Origin: a virus
Direction: 5' to 3' (one strand)
Virus record (IMG/VR): IMGVR_UViG_3300036716_000695
Span: 1-64,000 of that record
Length of the DNA: 64,000 nucleotides
Under the pieces are notes generated by a model. It did no database searches and was not told the DNA's origin. It was given only the letters and a program-made list of their open reading frames with translations. This document shows, piece by piece, positions 55,556-63,786 of the stretch. Position numbers and translations under genes: made by a program. Position 1 is the first letter of the stretch, and each line of letters starts with the position of its first letter.

Positions 55556-56512
55556 TTATCTGCGTTCTTGTTGACCAGGGGTTTGCATTTCTTCAATCTG
55601 CATTTGTTCAAACTTTGCTTTAAAGAAACTCATTCTTGCATCACCATTTCTTGCTTTCAAAAAGTGTAATACCAAAGTTCTATCATTTTCTATAATATAT
55701 CTATCTGGCCCATAGAACCTAATCTTTTGTTTAGCAGGACGGTTTATACCAATAAGCATATCTGCATGTTGTAACATAGCATCTGAACCAAATATATCTG
55801 ACTCAAGAATATAATTACCATACTTACCATCTATTGCTCTATCTGGATTATCAATATTTCTATTAAGTTGTGATAGTGAAATAAACAAACATGGATAATC
55901 TCTCTTACATTGTGTAAAAAACTCACCTAATTCAAATAACATATCTAATGTGTTATTCTGATAAGGTGCTCTCTTTACAAGCATTGTATGATCCAATGTT
56001 ATAATAGTTTTTTTACCTTTATGCTTGTTCATGTACATATCAATTTGCTCACGCATTTGATTTACAGTCATAGGTGTTGAAACTATATCTACCGGATGCT
56101 TAACTCTTTCCTTAGCATACTGATGACATGTATTCAATACATCAGAAGTAAGTATACTACCAGCACTACATAATTCTTTATATGTTTTACCAGTAATAGA
56201 ACTAAACTCTCTAATAGCTGATGTTCTACCAACCATCTCAAACTGAAATTCTAATACTCTAAAATCATCATCTGGATTTAATGCAAAAGATTCTCTTATA
56301 ATCTGATCTTTAATAAGTGTTTTACCTGAACCAGGTCTACCACCAATTACAGTTAGAGTATTCCATTCTAAACCATCAGTAGCAGCATCATTAAATTTAG
56401 GCCACGGTGTATATATAGACTTTTCAGTCCCATTTTGTCTACCTTGCATGTATTTTAATGCTTCATTGAATGCGGAATATTGCCCCACCCATCCTTCTGT
56501 TGATTTAGCCAT
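55556..56512 (-). CDS. DnaB-like replicative helicase (C-terminal RecA-fold domain only)
   Basis: GGRPGSGKT, FEM, LDH, LSQLNR and KARNG motifs. Confidence 0.9.
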   Translation of the reverse strand: MAKSTEGWVGQYSAFNEALKYMQGRQNGTEKSIYTPWPKFNDAATDGLEWNTLTVIGGRPGSGKTLIKDQIIRESFALNPDDDFRVLEFQFEMVGRTSAIREFSSITGKTYKELCSAGSILTSDVLNTCHQYAKERVKHPVDIVSTPMTVNQMREQIDMYMNKHKGKKTIITLDHTMLVKRAPYQNNTLDMLFELGEFFTQCKRDYPCLFISLSQLNRNIDNPDRAIDGKYGNYILESDIFGSDAMLQHADMLIGINRPAKQKIRFYGPDRYIIENDRTLVLHFLKARNGDARMSFFKAKFEQMQIEEMQTPGQQERR

Positions 56513-56663
56513 TCTCTATTGTATATATAATACTTGTTACATTATCTATGCTTGAATTACATGATTTAGTGTCTGGTTCCCATTCACCATCTCTTAGCAT
56601 TTGAAAATCTTCAAGTACAAGGTTTAATTTATTTAATACTTCTGCTTGTTCTTCTACTGTCAT
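56505..56663 (-). CDS. 52-aa hypothetical protein (not in ORF track)
   Basis: MTVEEQAEVLNKLNLVLEDFQMLRDGEWEPD...IENG*, overlapping both neighbours. Confidence 0.6.
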   Translation of the reverse strand: MTVEEQAEVLNKLNLVLEDFQMLRDGEWEPDTKSCNSSIDNVTSIIYTIENG

Positions 56664-57250
56664 ACTACTTTTTCTTTAAATGTTTGTTGTTCTGTGTCTA
56701 TACCATCTCTGATCATATCACAATAATCAGCTAATGTAGAAGACTTAACTTTATGTTTGTCTTGCTTACATATAAAATATTGACTTGTCTGCATATACAT
56801 ATATTCTGCATCTCTGTACTCATTCACATACATTCTTGTAGCTTCAAATACTTGATCCCATGTATAATCATATGTCTCAAACAACCATCTAAAAGAACTT
56901 GATAACATTTTTACGTTGACTCTTGCAGGTTTACCACTAGGCAATCTTTGATTTGGAAATATTTCCCTATAGGTATTTATTTTATCAGCAAAGTCTTTAC
57001 CCATAAGTTGGATGTTTGTTTTCTTTTTTGCTTTTATAAAATAATTATCTAAGTGTGCTATAAAGACTTTTGCATCTGCTGTTAATTTATATGATTCATT
57101 ATCAAATGTAACATATCCATTATCAACTAATGCTTTTTTGTCATCTTCTGAAATCTTAGGTAAAGCTATCTTTAGTTTCATACCAAATAATATAGCTGCC
57201 TGATTTGGACTAAGTTTGTTTTTGTATATTATTTGGAATAATTCCCACAT
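56660..57250 (-). CDS. Putative replication-associated DNA-binding protein
   Basis: Winged-helix-like N-terminus (LVDNGYV...YKLT) and position next to DnaB. Confidence 0.45.
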   Translation of the reverse strand: MWELFQIIYKNKLSPNQAAILFGMKLKIALPKISEDDKKALVDNGYVTFDNESYKLTADAKVFIAHLDNYFIKAKKKTNIQLMGKDFADKINTYREIFPNQRLPSGKPARVNVKMLSSSFRWLFETYDYTWDQVFEATRMYVNEYRDAEYMYMQTSQYFICKQDKHKVKSSTLADYCDMIRDGIDTEQQTFKEKVV

Positions 57251-57671
57251 AAGTATTTATTAGTTTATTAACTTTATCAAATGCATTCATATAACTTTTA
57301 TCTTTTATATAAAGCATATCATCAACGCTGTTTCTACTGTGCACTACACTTGAATGATCACGTTTAATATATTTACCTACAGCATGGCAAGTATATCTCA
57401 TAGTATGACCTATATGACAGTAAATCTTTCTGAACATTACCAAGTCTTTTGTTCTGTTTAATTCAGAAAGCTTATTGATATTTTGTAGTTCAGGATAAAG
57501 CGTATGCATAACAGTTATACATGCTTTATGTATTTGTTGAAGTGTTGGCCTGTACTCTCCTTCATTGTGTAATTTTTGAAATACAATGATCTCAATTCCA
57601 TACTGTCTGAGCATAGTTTCTTTGAACTTAACTATGTCATTATCAAGCCTATTGTGTTGATTATTAGTCAT
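57210..57671 (-). CDS. Stand-alone DnaA domain IV-like (DnaA C-terminal HTH) protein
   Basis: NRTKDLVMFRKIYCHI...VGKYIKRDHSSVVHS matches the R....v..R...IG..F.RDHTTV.H signature. Confidence 0.75.
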   Translation of the reverse strand: MTNNQHNRLDNDIVKFKETMLRQYGIEIIVFQKLHNEGEYRPTLQQIHKACITVMHTLYPELQNINKLSELNRTKDLVMFRKIYCHIGHTMRYTCHAVGKYIKRDHSSVVHSRNSVDDMLYIKDKSYMNAFDKVNKLINTYVGIIPNNIQKQT

Positions 57672-57692
57672 TTATGTTTATTATCTAGTTTA

Positions 57693-57724
57693 CAAATTTA
57701 AGGAAATTTTACCAGTCTATCAAA
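57693..57724 (-). promoter_or_regulatory. Canonical Bacteroidota sigma-70 promoter TTTG-N20-TAAATTTG
   Basis: -33 element at 57721-57724 and -7 element at 57693-57700, upstream of the replication genes. Confidence 0.7.
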
Positions 57725-58383
57725 GTTTTACCTTGTTTATTTAGTTCTATGTTAGTCTTGTTAAACACGTCATTTGAATCCCAAACACCACCTCTATATG
57801 CAGCTGATGCAGGATGTGTACACTTAAGTATCTTTTGATTAGATATTAGTCTTTCCCATGCTTCTGCTTTTTTACCCATTAATATGAAAACAATATCTTT
57901 ATTGTCTTGATTAATCTTACTAAACAAATGTTCAGTAAAAGGTTTCCAATTCCAAAAATGAGACCCTATTTTATTTACTTCAACTGTAAGAGCTGTATTA
58001 ATTAATAATACGCCTTGGTTAGCCCAACATCTTAAATCAGTATGATCCGTATCAATTGCTTTATTAATATATTGTAAAGACTTTTCTACTTTATCTTTTT
58101 TACTACAACTAAATGCTAAACCATCAGCTGATCCTAATTGAGGATAAGGATCTTGTCCTACTATAACAACTTTTAGATCATCATATTTACATTCCTTAAA
58201 TGCATTAAAAATGTCTTTAAACTTTGGAGTAAATCTTTTACCCTGTTCAACTAAACTTACTAATGAATCTGTTAGATCATCATAAAGTTTACTATCTATG
58301 TAAGGAAATAATACATCTGCCCAACCTGAGCTTTCTATATCTTTTTTTAAATTGTCTTTTAGAATTATAAGGTTTTTTTCCAT
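57709..58383 (-). CDS. ung: Uracil-DNA glycosylase, family 1
   Basis: VVIVGQDPYP, ADGLAFS, WANQGVLLINTALTV and HPAS motifs. Confidence 0.93.
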   Translation of the reverse strand: MEKNLIILKDNLKKDIESSGWADVLFPYIDSKLYDDLTDSLVSLVEQGKRFTPKFKDIFNAFKECKYDDLKVVIVGQDPYPQLGSADGLAFSCSKKDKVEKSLQYINKAIDTDHTDLRCWANQGVLLINTALTVEVNKIGSHFWNWKPFTEHLFSKINQDNKDIVFILMGKKAEAWERLISNQKILKCTHPASAAYRGGVWDSNDVFNKTNIELNKQGKTLIDW

Positions 58384-58402
58384 ATTTCTTTCAATTTTTG
58401 TG

Positions 58403-58410
58403 TATATTTG
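58403..58410 (+). promoter_or_regulatory. -7 element TATATTTG for the lone plus-strand gene
   Basis: TAnnTTTG match 17 nt before ATG 58428. Confidence 0.6.
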
Positions 58411-58427
58411 TATATAAATCTTTTATT

Positions 58428-58868
58428 ATGTCTGAAGAAAATCAAAATTTAGAATCAACTGTTACTTATGACTTTTCAAAAGTTATAACAGGTATTACTG
58501 TATCAACTGCATATATTTCCGGTATTTCTAGAATCTTAACTGACATGGTAACAGACTATCCAAATCCAGCAGGACTACCTAAACTATTTAAAAAGTTTGG
58601 TACTATAATGCAATTAGAAGATGGACAAGAAATCTCTGATGAAACAAGAGAAAATATTAAACTTGATATAAATGAATCTAATATTTATACATTGTTTTCT
58701 TTACTTCAACTTCTAAGATTTTTAGCAAAAGAACAAGGTCTTGAACTTTTAACTGAGACTACTGCTACCAAAGATGATCTAAAAGATCTTGCTGATTTAG
58801 TTACAGCAGGTAAATCTACAGCAGATAAAATCAAAGAGATTAACAGTAAGATGAAAATAGTTAAATAA
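58428..58868 (+). CDS. Hypothetical protein on the opposite strand to its neighbours
   Basis: Likely start MSEENQ. The stop codon abuts the convergent gene stop at 58869. Confidence 0.75.
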   Translation: MSEENQNLESTVTYDFSKVITGITVSTAYISGISRILTDMVTDYPNPAGLPKLFKKFGTIMQLEDGQEISDETRENIKLDINESNIYTLFSLLQLLRFLAKEQGLELLTETTATKDDLKDLADLVTAGKSTADKIKEINSKMKIVK

Positions 58869-59252
58869 CTATCTTAAATTCATACCGTTAAACTCTCCAA
58901 TTTCTATACATGATTGTATAGCTAAATTAAGTTCATCTTTATCACAATCTGCAAAAGATTTACAATACTCTTGTCCATCTCTAACAAAGCATAATCCACA
59001 TGCTCTTTTTACTTCCATCTTTGCTTCTATAAATGTGTAGCCAATTTCTTGTGCTATTTCTCTAATCATTGCATGTACACGTGCTAACTGTGGGTTACTA
59101 CCCTTATCACCACCTACACCAATAAATATTTCTAAATTAGAGTCATCAGGTAAACTACCTAACCATTTATTAAATCTGGTTTGAACTGCTTTCTTTGGAA
59201 AATACAACTCTCCATTCTTAATTGAAGCTTTTATATATAAGTTATCTTTCAT
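58869..59252 (-). CDS. NinB/Orf-like recombination protein
   Basis: SNPQLARVHAMIREIAQEIG...KSFADCDKDEL...I pattern. Confidence 0.55.
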   Translation of the reverse strand: MKDNLYIKASIKNGELYFPKKAVQTRFNKWLGSLPDDSNLEIFIGVGGDKGSNPQLARVHAMIREIAQEIGYTFIEAKMEVKRACGLCFVRDGQEYCKSFADCDKDELNLAIQSCIEIGEFNGMNLR

Positions 59253-59401
59253 CCTGATATAACATTACCTATTGCACATGTTATTGATACTACTAAAAAT
59301 ATTAGTAGAGTCCAAAAACATCCTTTGTATATATTTGATTGTTTTTCAGGTGATCTACCTTGGTTACTTCTGTACTGTCTTATTTTTTTTTCTTTTTTCA
59401 T
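59249..59401 (-). CDS. 50-aa single-TM micro-protein (not in ORF track)
   Basis: MKKEKKIRQYRSNQGRSPEKQSNIYKGCFWTLLIFLVVSITCAIGNVISG*, with ATGA overlap. Confidence 0.6.
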   Translation of the reverse strand: MKKEKKIRQYRSNQGRSPEKQSNIYKGCFWTLLIFLVVSITCAIGNVISG

Positions 59402-59503
59402 ATAAACATGTGTTCATCTTGGTTAGTATTATTACTGTTGTCTTCTGGTTGGTCTAATTGAGTTTCTGGTTCTTTTGGGTCATCTGTTTTCACGTGATAA
59501 GTT

Positions 59504-60070
59504 TTAATTATAAAATTTAGTTATTGATTCACTTGTAAGTGTATATAAAGGTGCTTTTAAACCTGCTTTCTTTAATCCGTCATTCACCCATGTGTTACAG
59601 GTGTAATACCAACGGTAGTTGTCTTTACCATAATAATAATTTGGCATATATTCTGAATTATAATGTGATTCATCTACATGCTTTTTAATTATTTGGTATT
59701 GTTTTTCAGAACACTTAACTGTTTTCCAATTAAAAGAGTCAAAATAGAAAGTCTTCTGTACACGTACTAAAGTAGAAGGGTCAGTAATCAAAGTTCTATA
59801 TAATTTTCCTATAGTTAAACTATCAAAAGTATCTACTTCTGTAAAGAATACTTTAGATCCCCAACCATATAACTTAAAAACTCCATCTTCTCTTAATACT
59901 ATATCTACATGTGCACCATTATCAGATAAATAAAATTCACGTTCTGATGATTCACTGTAAGATCCAGTAGGTATATAGTGTGCTGCAAACATTATTAGTA
60001 TAAGAACTAATGATGATACACCACAAATTTTTAATATGTCTTTTATTGCCTTTTTAAAATTCATGAGCAT
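59504..60070 (-). CDS. DUF2459/TIGR02117-like membrane-anchored protein
   Basis: N-terminal TM segment, NGAHVDIV, YGWGS.VFF and Y...YTCNTWVN.GLKKAG motifs. Confidence 0.7.
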   Translation of the reverse strand: MLMNFKKAIKDILKICGVSSLVLILIMFAAHYIPTGSYSESSEREFYLSDNGAHVDIVLREDGVFKLYGWGSKVFFTEVDTFDSLTIGKLYRTLITDPSTLVRVQKTFYFDSFNWKTVKCSEKQYQIIKKHVDESHYNSEYMPNYYYGKDNYRWYYTCNTWVNDGLKKAGLKAPLYTLTSESITKFYN

Positions 60071-60302
60071 CTAAAATTTCTTGTTCAAAATCTTCATCTA
60101 TGAGATTCATGACATCAATATTAACGAAGTTACCTGTTCTATCAAGACCACTATACCATACATGAGTTATATCTGCTGATGGTCCATAACCTGGTGTTCC
60201 TGGATCTCCATTAGAATCATAATATTGATCTGGTTCTCCTGGGTCATAGGTGTACTCAATTGTAACTGATTCACCTGTTTGTGTTATAAGTTCTATTTCC
60301 AT
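60054..60302 (-). CDS. Hypothetical acidic protein
   Basis: 82 aa, contains YTYDPGEP...GDPGTPG. Confidence 0.7.
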   Translation of the reverse strand: MEIELITQTGESVTIEYTYDPGEPDQYYDSNGDPGTPGYGPSADITHVWYSGLDRTGNFVNIDVMNLIDEDFEQEILDAHEF

Positions 60303-60303
60303 A

Positions 60304-60558
60304 TTACATAAATCTTAGTGCTCCTCCATCAACGTAAACAAACTCTTGCCCACACTCAGTGCACTTAGCATTTGATTCATTACGTAATAAAGAAACTTTG
60401 TGACAATTAGGACAAGGAGTTTCTCCTTCTTCTATGTATTCTTCTATTGCTTTTCTAGCATAGCTGTGTATCATAGAGTCATGAACACCTTTATAAAAAG
60501 TGTTGTCTGCTTCCATTTCATTTTGTTGCTCAATAAAGAGCTCTTTCATTCTTCCCAT
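60304..60558 (-). CDS. Zn-ribbon protein
   Basis: CPNC...CTEC. Confidence 0.7.
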   Translation of the reverse strand: MGRMKELFIEQQNEMEADNTFYKGVHDSMIHSYARKAIEEYIEEGETPCPNCHKVSLLRNESNAKCTECGQEFVYVDGGALRFM

Positions 60559-60561
60559 AGT

Positions 60562-60708
60562 TTACTTTTTTTGACTGTCCATCCAGCATCTACTGCTGCA
60601 ATAACTTTCATACTCTGAAAGCTTACCACATTGTAGACACTTATGAACTTTATTAGTTTTAGTTTCTGTCTTTTTATCATCCATCCAACTCCATTCTTGA
60701 ATACTCAT
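60562..60708 (-). CDS. 48-aa Cys4 zinc-finger micro-protein (not in ORF track)
   Basis: ...KCLQCGKLSEYESYCSSRCWMDSQKK*. Confidence 0.65.
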   Translation of the reverse strand: MSIQEWSWMDDKKTETKTNKVHKCLQCGKLSEYESYCSSRCWMDSQKK

Positions 60709-60709
60709 C

Positions 60710-61810
60710 TTAGTTTTTTAAAGGATTGTAAAATTTAATTTTAGAATTGTCAAAATCTTTCAAAGCATTGGTGACCCATGTCTCATCTTGTGTACCTGTA
60801 TAACATAGTATATGACATACTGCTGTTTCAGATGGATTAAGTCTTAGCAATCTACCTATTCTTTGTGAAGATTTTCTCTCATTACCATATGCATGCATAA
60901 TAATACCTTGTTTAAGGTTTGGAATTGTAACACCTTCTGATAATTGTAACACGCATGATAACTTATCAATTCTACCATCAGAGAATAATTCTAGATTCTC
61001 TTCTGATTTTGCATTACCAGAGTGATAACTATGCTTGCATAACTTATCTGCTTGTTTTTGTGTGTTAGCAAATATAATGCACTTACTACCTAAGTTAGAA
61101 GTTAATGATTTAACATAATCTTCTTTAGTAGAATAATCCATCAATGCTTTCATTCTCATGATTGCAGCAAATTGTCTTTGCTTTGGTGTATTGGCATCTG
61201 CATAACGCTTTGTAGAATAACCATAATCCAAAAATTCTGATGTCCACCAAAAACCTCCATTTTTATTCTTCTTCTTTAATGTCTTAAGTTTAGACAACTG
61301 TAGTTGATGAACAAAAATTTTATAGTTGTTTAGTATTTTAGAATCTGTTGCATCATCTACACTAAATGTAAACTTGATAGGGCAATACTTTTTAACCATT
61401 CTACCTTTTACAGAATCAGCACGCTTTGGTGGTGTACCTGTTAAACCTAATATTTTACCTGTAAATACAGACAAAAATGGCTCATGTGATTCTAATAAGC
61501 TATGACATTCATCTAAATAAACTATATCATAGTCATTTGGATTCTGTTTGTTTATAGATAAATATGTTGTAAACGTTATATGTTTAACTAAACCTTCTAA
61601 GTTCATTTTATCTAATTCATCAATCCAAGACTGGGCTACTGAATGTTTTGGTATTACTACCAATGCTTTTATGAAAGGATTATAGTTTCTTTGTAAGTGT
61701 TGTATAGCAATTCTTGTCTTACCTACACCCATAGATATGCCTAAACCACATCTTTTATGTTGTGCAGCTATAGATAATGCATCTGCTTGTACTATTTCTC
61801 TTTTAGTCAT
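60710..61810 (-). CDS. Superfamily 2 DExH helicase
   Basis: MGVGKT, LDECH, GLTGTP, LSEGVTIP and QRIGRLLR motifs. Confidence 0.9.
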   Translation of the reverse strand: MTKREIVQADALSIAAQHKRCGLGISMGVGKTRIAIQHLQRNYNPFIKALVVIPKHSVAQSWIDELDKMNLEGLVKHITFTTYLSINKQNPNDYDIVYLDECHSLLESHEPFLSVFTGKILGLTGTPPKRADSVKGRMVKKYCPIKFTFSVDDATDSKILNNYKIFVHQLQLSKLKTLKKKNKNGGFWWTSEFLDYGYSTKRYADANTPKQRQFAAIMRMKALMDYSTKEDYVKSLTSNLGSKCIIFANTQKQADKLCKHSYHSGNAKSEENLELFSDGRIDKLSCVLQLSEGVTIPNLKQGIIMHAYGNERKSSQRIGRLLRLNPSETAVCHILCYTGTQDETWVTNALKDFDNSKIKFYNPLKN

Positions 61811-61851
61811 AATTATTACATGAATTTTTTAATTTTTTAGATTTATAAAGG

Positions 61852-61925
61852 TGCACCCTACAGGACTTGAACCTGTGACCTTTTCATTATGAGTGAATTG
61901 CTCTAACCAACTGAGCTAAGAGTGC
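61852..61925 (-). tRNA. tRNA with CAT anticodon (Ile2 or elongator Met)
   Basis: GCACTCT/AGGGTGC acceptor stem, CTCATAA anticodon loop, GGTTCAAGTCC T-arm. Confidence 0.9.
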
Positions 61926-62014
61926 TGGTAGCCGGAGTGGGATTTGAACCCACACGGACATTGCTGTCCAAAGGATTTTAAGTCCTTCATGTCTACCAAT
62001 TTCATCATCCGGCC
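61926..62014 (-). tRNA. tRNA-Leu(TAA)
   Basis: GGCCGGA/TCCGGCT acceptor stem, CTTAAAA loop, long variable arm, encoded CCA. Confidence 0.92.
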
Positions 62015-62019
62015 AACAG

Positions 62020-62093
62020 TGATCCCACAAGGACTTGAACCTTGAACCTACAGCTTAGAAGGCTGTTGCTCTATCCAATTGAGCTATAGGACC
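62020..62093 (-). tRNA. tRNA-Arg(TCT)
   Basis: GGTCCTA/TGGGATC acceptor stem, ACAGC-CTTCTAA-GCTGT anticodon arm. Confidence 0.92.
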
Positions 62094-62105
62094 TGATGAT
62101 CAAAT

Positions 62106-62510
62106 TTAAATCCTCTTTTCAGAAAAACCTAATTCTATAGCCTCTTTTGGATGTTCTTCTATCCACATGTGACATGACCTGCATGATGATAGCCAAGTGC
62201 TAACCTTTAAATGATATTCTCCACGTCCTTTCTTATGATGTACATCTGTAGAATGTAACGTGCAATTGTGCAAAGCTGCTTGACATATTGGATTCTCTTC
62301 AAGAAACTTACGTCTAAGTTTACTGTAAGCTAACTCAATAACTTGCATTTTCTTTGACTTTTGCTTAATGGGTTTTCTCATTAAAGGTTTAGCATCTGAA
62401 CTCTTACTTTTGTACCAGCAACTTTTGCAATAACGGCTTCCTTTATCATTTTTCCAGATAAACTGTTCCGTATTGCAATTGTTACATAGTTTCTTTTTTT
62501 GTTGAATCAT
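62106..62510 (-). CDS. HNH/NinG-like zinc-binding nuclease
   Basis: Two N-terminal CxxC pairs, then C...C...DVHHKKGR...CRSCHMWIE. Confidence 0.7.
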   Translation of the reverse strand: MIQQKKKLCNNCNTEQFIWKNDKGSRYCKSCWYKSKSSDAKPLMRKPIKQKSKKMQVIELAYSKLRRKFLEENPICQAALHNCTLHSTDVHHKKGRGEYHLKVSTWLSSCRSCHMWIEEHPKEAIELGFSEKRI

Positions 62511-63049
62511 GCTTTCAACTTTTTCTGATTGTCATTTGGACTTAAAGTTAAGTAATTTGCTGGTAATAAACCCTTTGACATGAATAAAAGTATCACATCT
62601 TCATATACTATACCTAAATCTTTAAAAGACATTGTGTTATTATAGTCTTCTAAATACTCATCAACCGGTATAGATATCAAGAATTCAACTGATTTACCTT
62701 TAAATGTTCTTTTAAAGTAGTTGTTGATCTTTTTACTGCAAATCATTTGTTTCCAGGCATTAATTTCCCTTTGACCTCTTCTCCAAACTTTAGAGATTCT
62801 TCTTTTCTTATCCCAATGTAATTTTTCAACCTCAGCTTTATCATACACGTTTAACCCATGTAACACTCTCTTAAACAAGAAGTGTTGGTATGAATTTAAC
62901 TTGGTATACTCAAAGTTGTTAATAATTGTAGGTGGATGTAACTGATATTCATCAAGTATTCCATAATAGTGGTAACGTTGAAGTCTTTTACTTAGGAGAT
63001 CTTTACTTTCATTTTGTTTTAGTTGTTTTAATTGTTCTTGAGATAGCAT
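62507..63049 (-). CDS. Hypothetical protein
   Basis: 180-aa ORF. Confidence 0.75.
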   Translation of the reverse strand: MLSQEQLKQLKQNESKDLLSKRLQRYHYYGILDEYQLHPPTIINNFEYTKLNSYQHFLFKRVLHGLNVYDKAEVEKLHWDKKRRISKVWRRGQREINAWKQMICSKKINNYFKRTFKGKSVEFLISIPVDEYLEDYNNTMSFKDLGIVYEDVILLFMSKGLLPANYLTLSPNDNQKKLKA

Positions 63050-63095
63050 ACATATAGTTTTAATTTTTATTTAATATAATTCTAGATTTAATAAT

Positions 63096-63140
63096 AAAAA
63101 AAGGGACTATCACACTATTTCTAGTGGTCAAGTCCCTTTT
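63096..63140 (-). terminator. Intrinsic terminator with compound stem
   Basis: AAGGGACT-TGAC-CACTA-GAAA-TAGTG-TGAT-AGTCCCTT followed by a T tract. Confidence 0.75.
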
Positions 63141-63164
63141 CAGTCATCCTTCAGAGATGTTTAT

Positions 63165-63734
63165 TTAGAGTTCAAATGTCTCTTCTTCTTCTACTACTAA
63201 TTCTTCTGCTTTCTCATCAACAATTTCATCTTCTACTTTTTCTTCTGATGAGTCAAATCCAAATGCCTCAGCTGTTGTAGCTTTCTTTGGTTTTTTCTCT
63301 AAGTTAAATGAAGTTGAAGCGTTTGCTTCTTTTATTGCAGCACCATTATTATGAGCTAACAATACATCCTCCGCTGTTGCATCAGCAACAAAAAAGGTTT
63401 TCCTATAAATAGGTTCTCCATCAACACAACAGATAATACCTGTATCACCTGCATACTTTAGGTCTCTATCAGGATCATTAGTTGAAAATGCATCAAATTG
63501 TTCTTTGATGATGATTTTACCTGGTAATGTTGTCATAGATTCTAAACCAATAGATTGTAGATCTTCTAATTTACCATGTAATAATGTACTTATGTTTGAT
63601 TTCTTAACCCAACCTCCATTACCAAAGGTAACTCTGTCTTGTTGTAATCTTACATAACCGTACTCTGAACTTGTGCTTGATTGGCGGATAACATTTCCCA
63701 TGTCATCAGCAATGATGTTTACTTTACTTTGCAT
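63165..63734 (-). CDS. Hypothetical protein with acidic tail
   Basis: 189 aa, beta-rich N-terminus and E-rich C-terminus (possibly nucleic-acid binding). Confidence 0.75.
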   Translation of the reverse strand: MQSKVNIIADDMGNVIRQSSTSSEYGYVRLQQDRVTFGNGGWVKKSNISTLLHGKLEDLQSIGLESMTTLPGKIIIKEQFDAFSTNDPDRDLKYAGDTGIICCVDGEPIYRKTFFVADATAEDVLLAHNNGAAIKEANASTSFNLEKKPKKATTAEAFGFDSSEEKVEDEIVDEKAEELVVEEEETFEL

Positions 63735-63786
63735 AATTTTTGCTTTTTAAAATTTAATAAAATGTGTGAATGATTCTGTCTATCTT

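Noticed and set aside
59272-59457. Plus-strand 61-aa hydrophobic ORF
   Set aside because: Antisense to a coupled minus-strand micro-ORF (59249-59401). The hydrophobicity reflects T-rich sequence.
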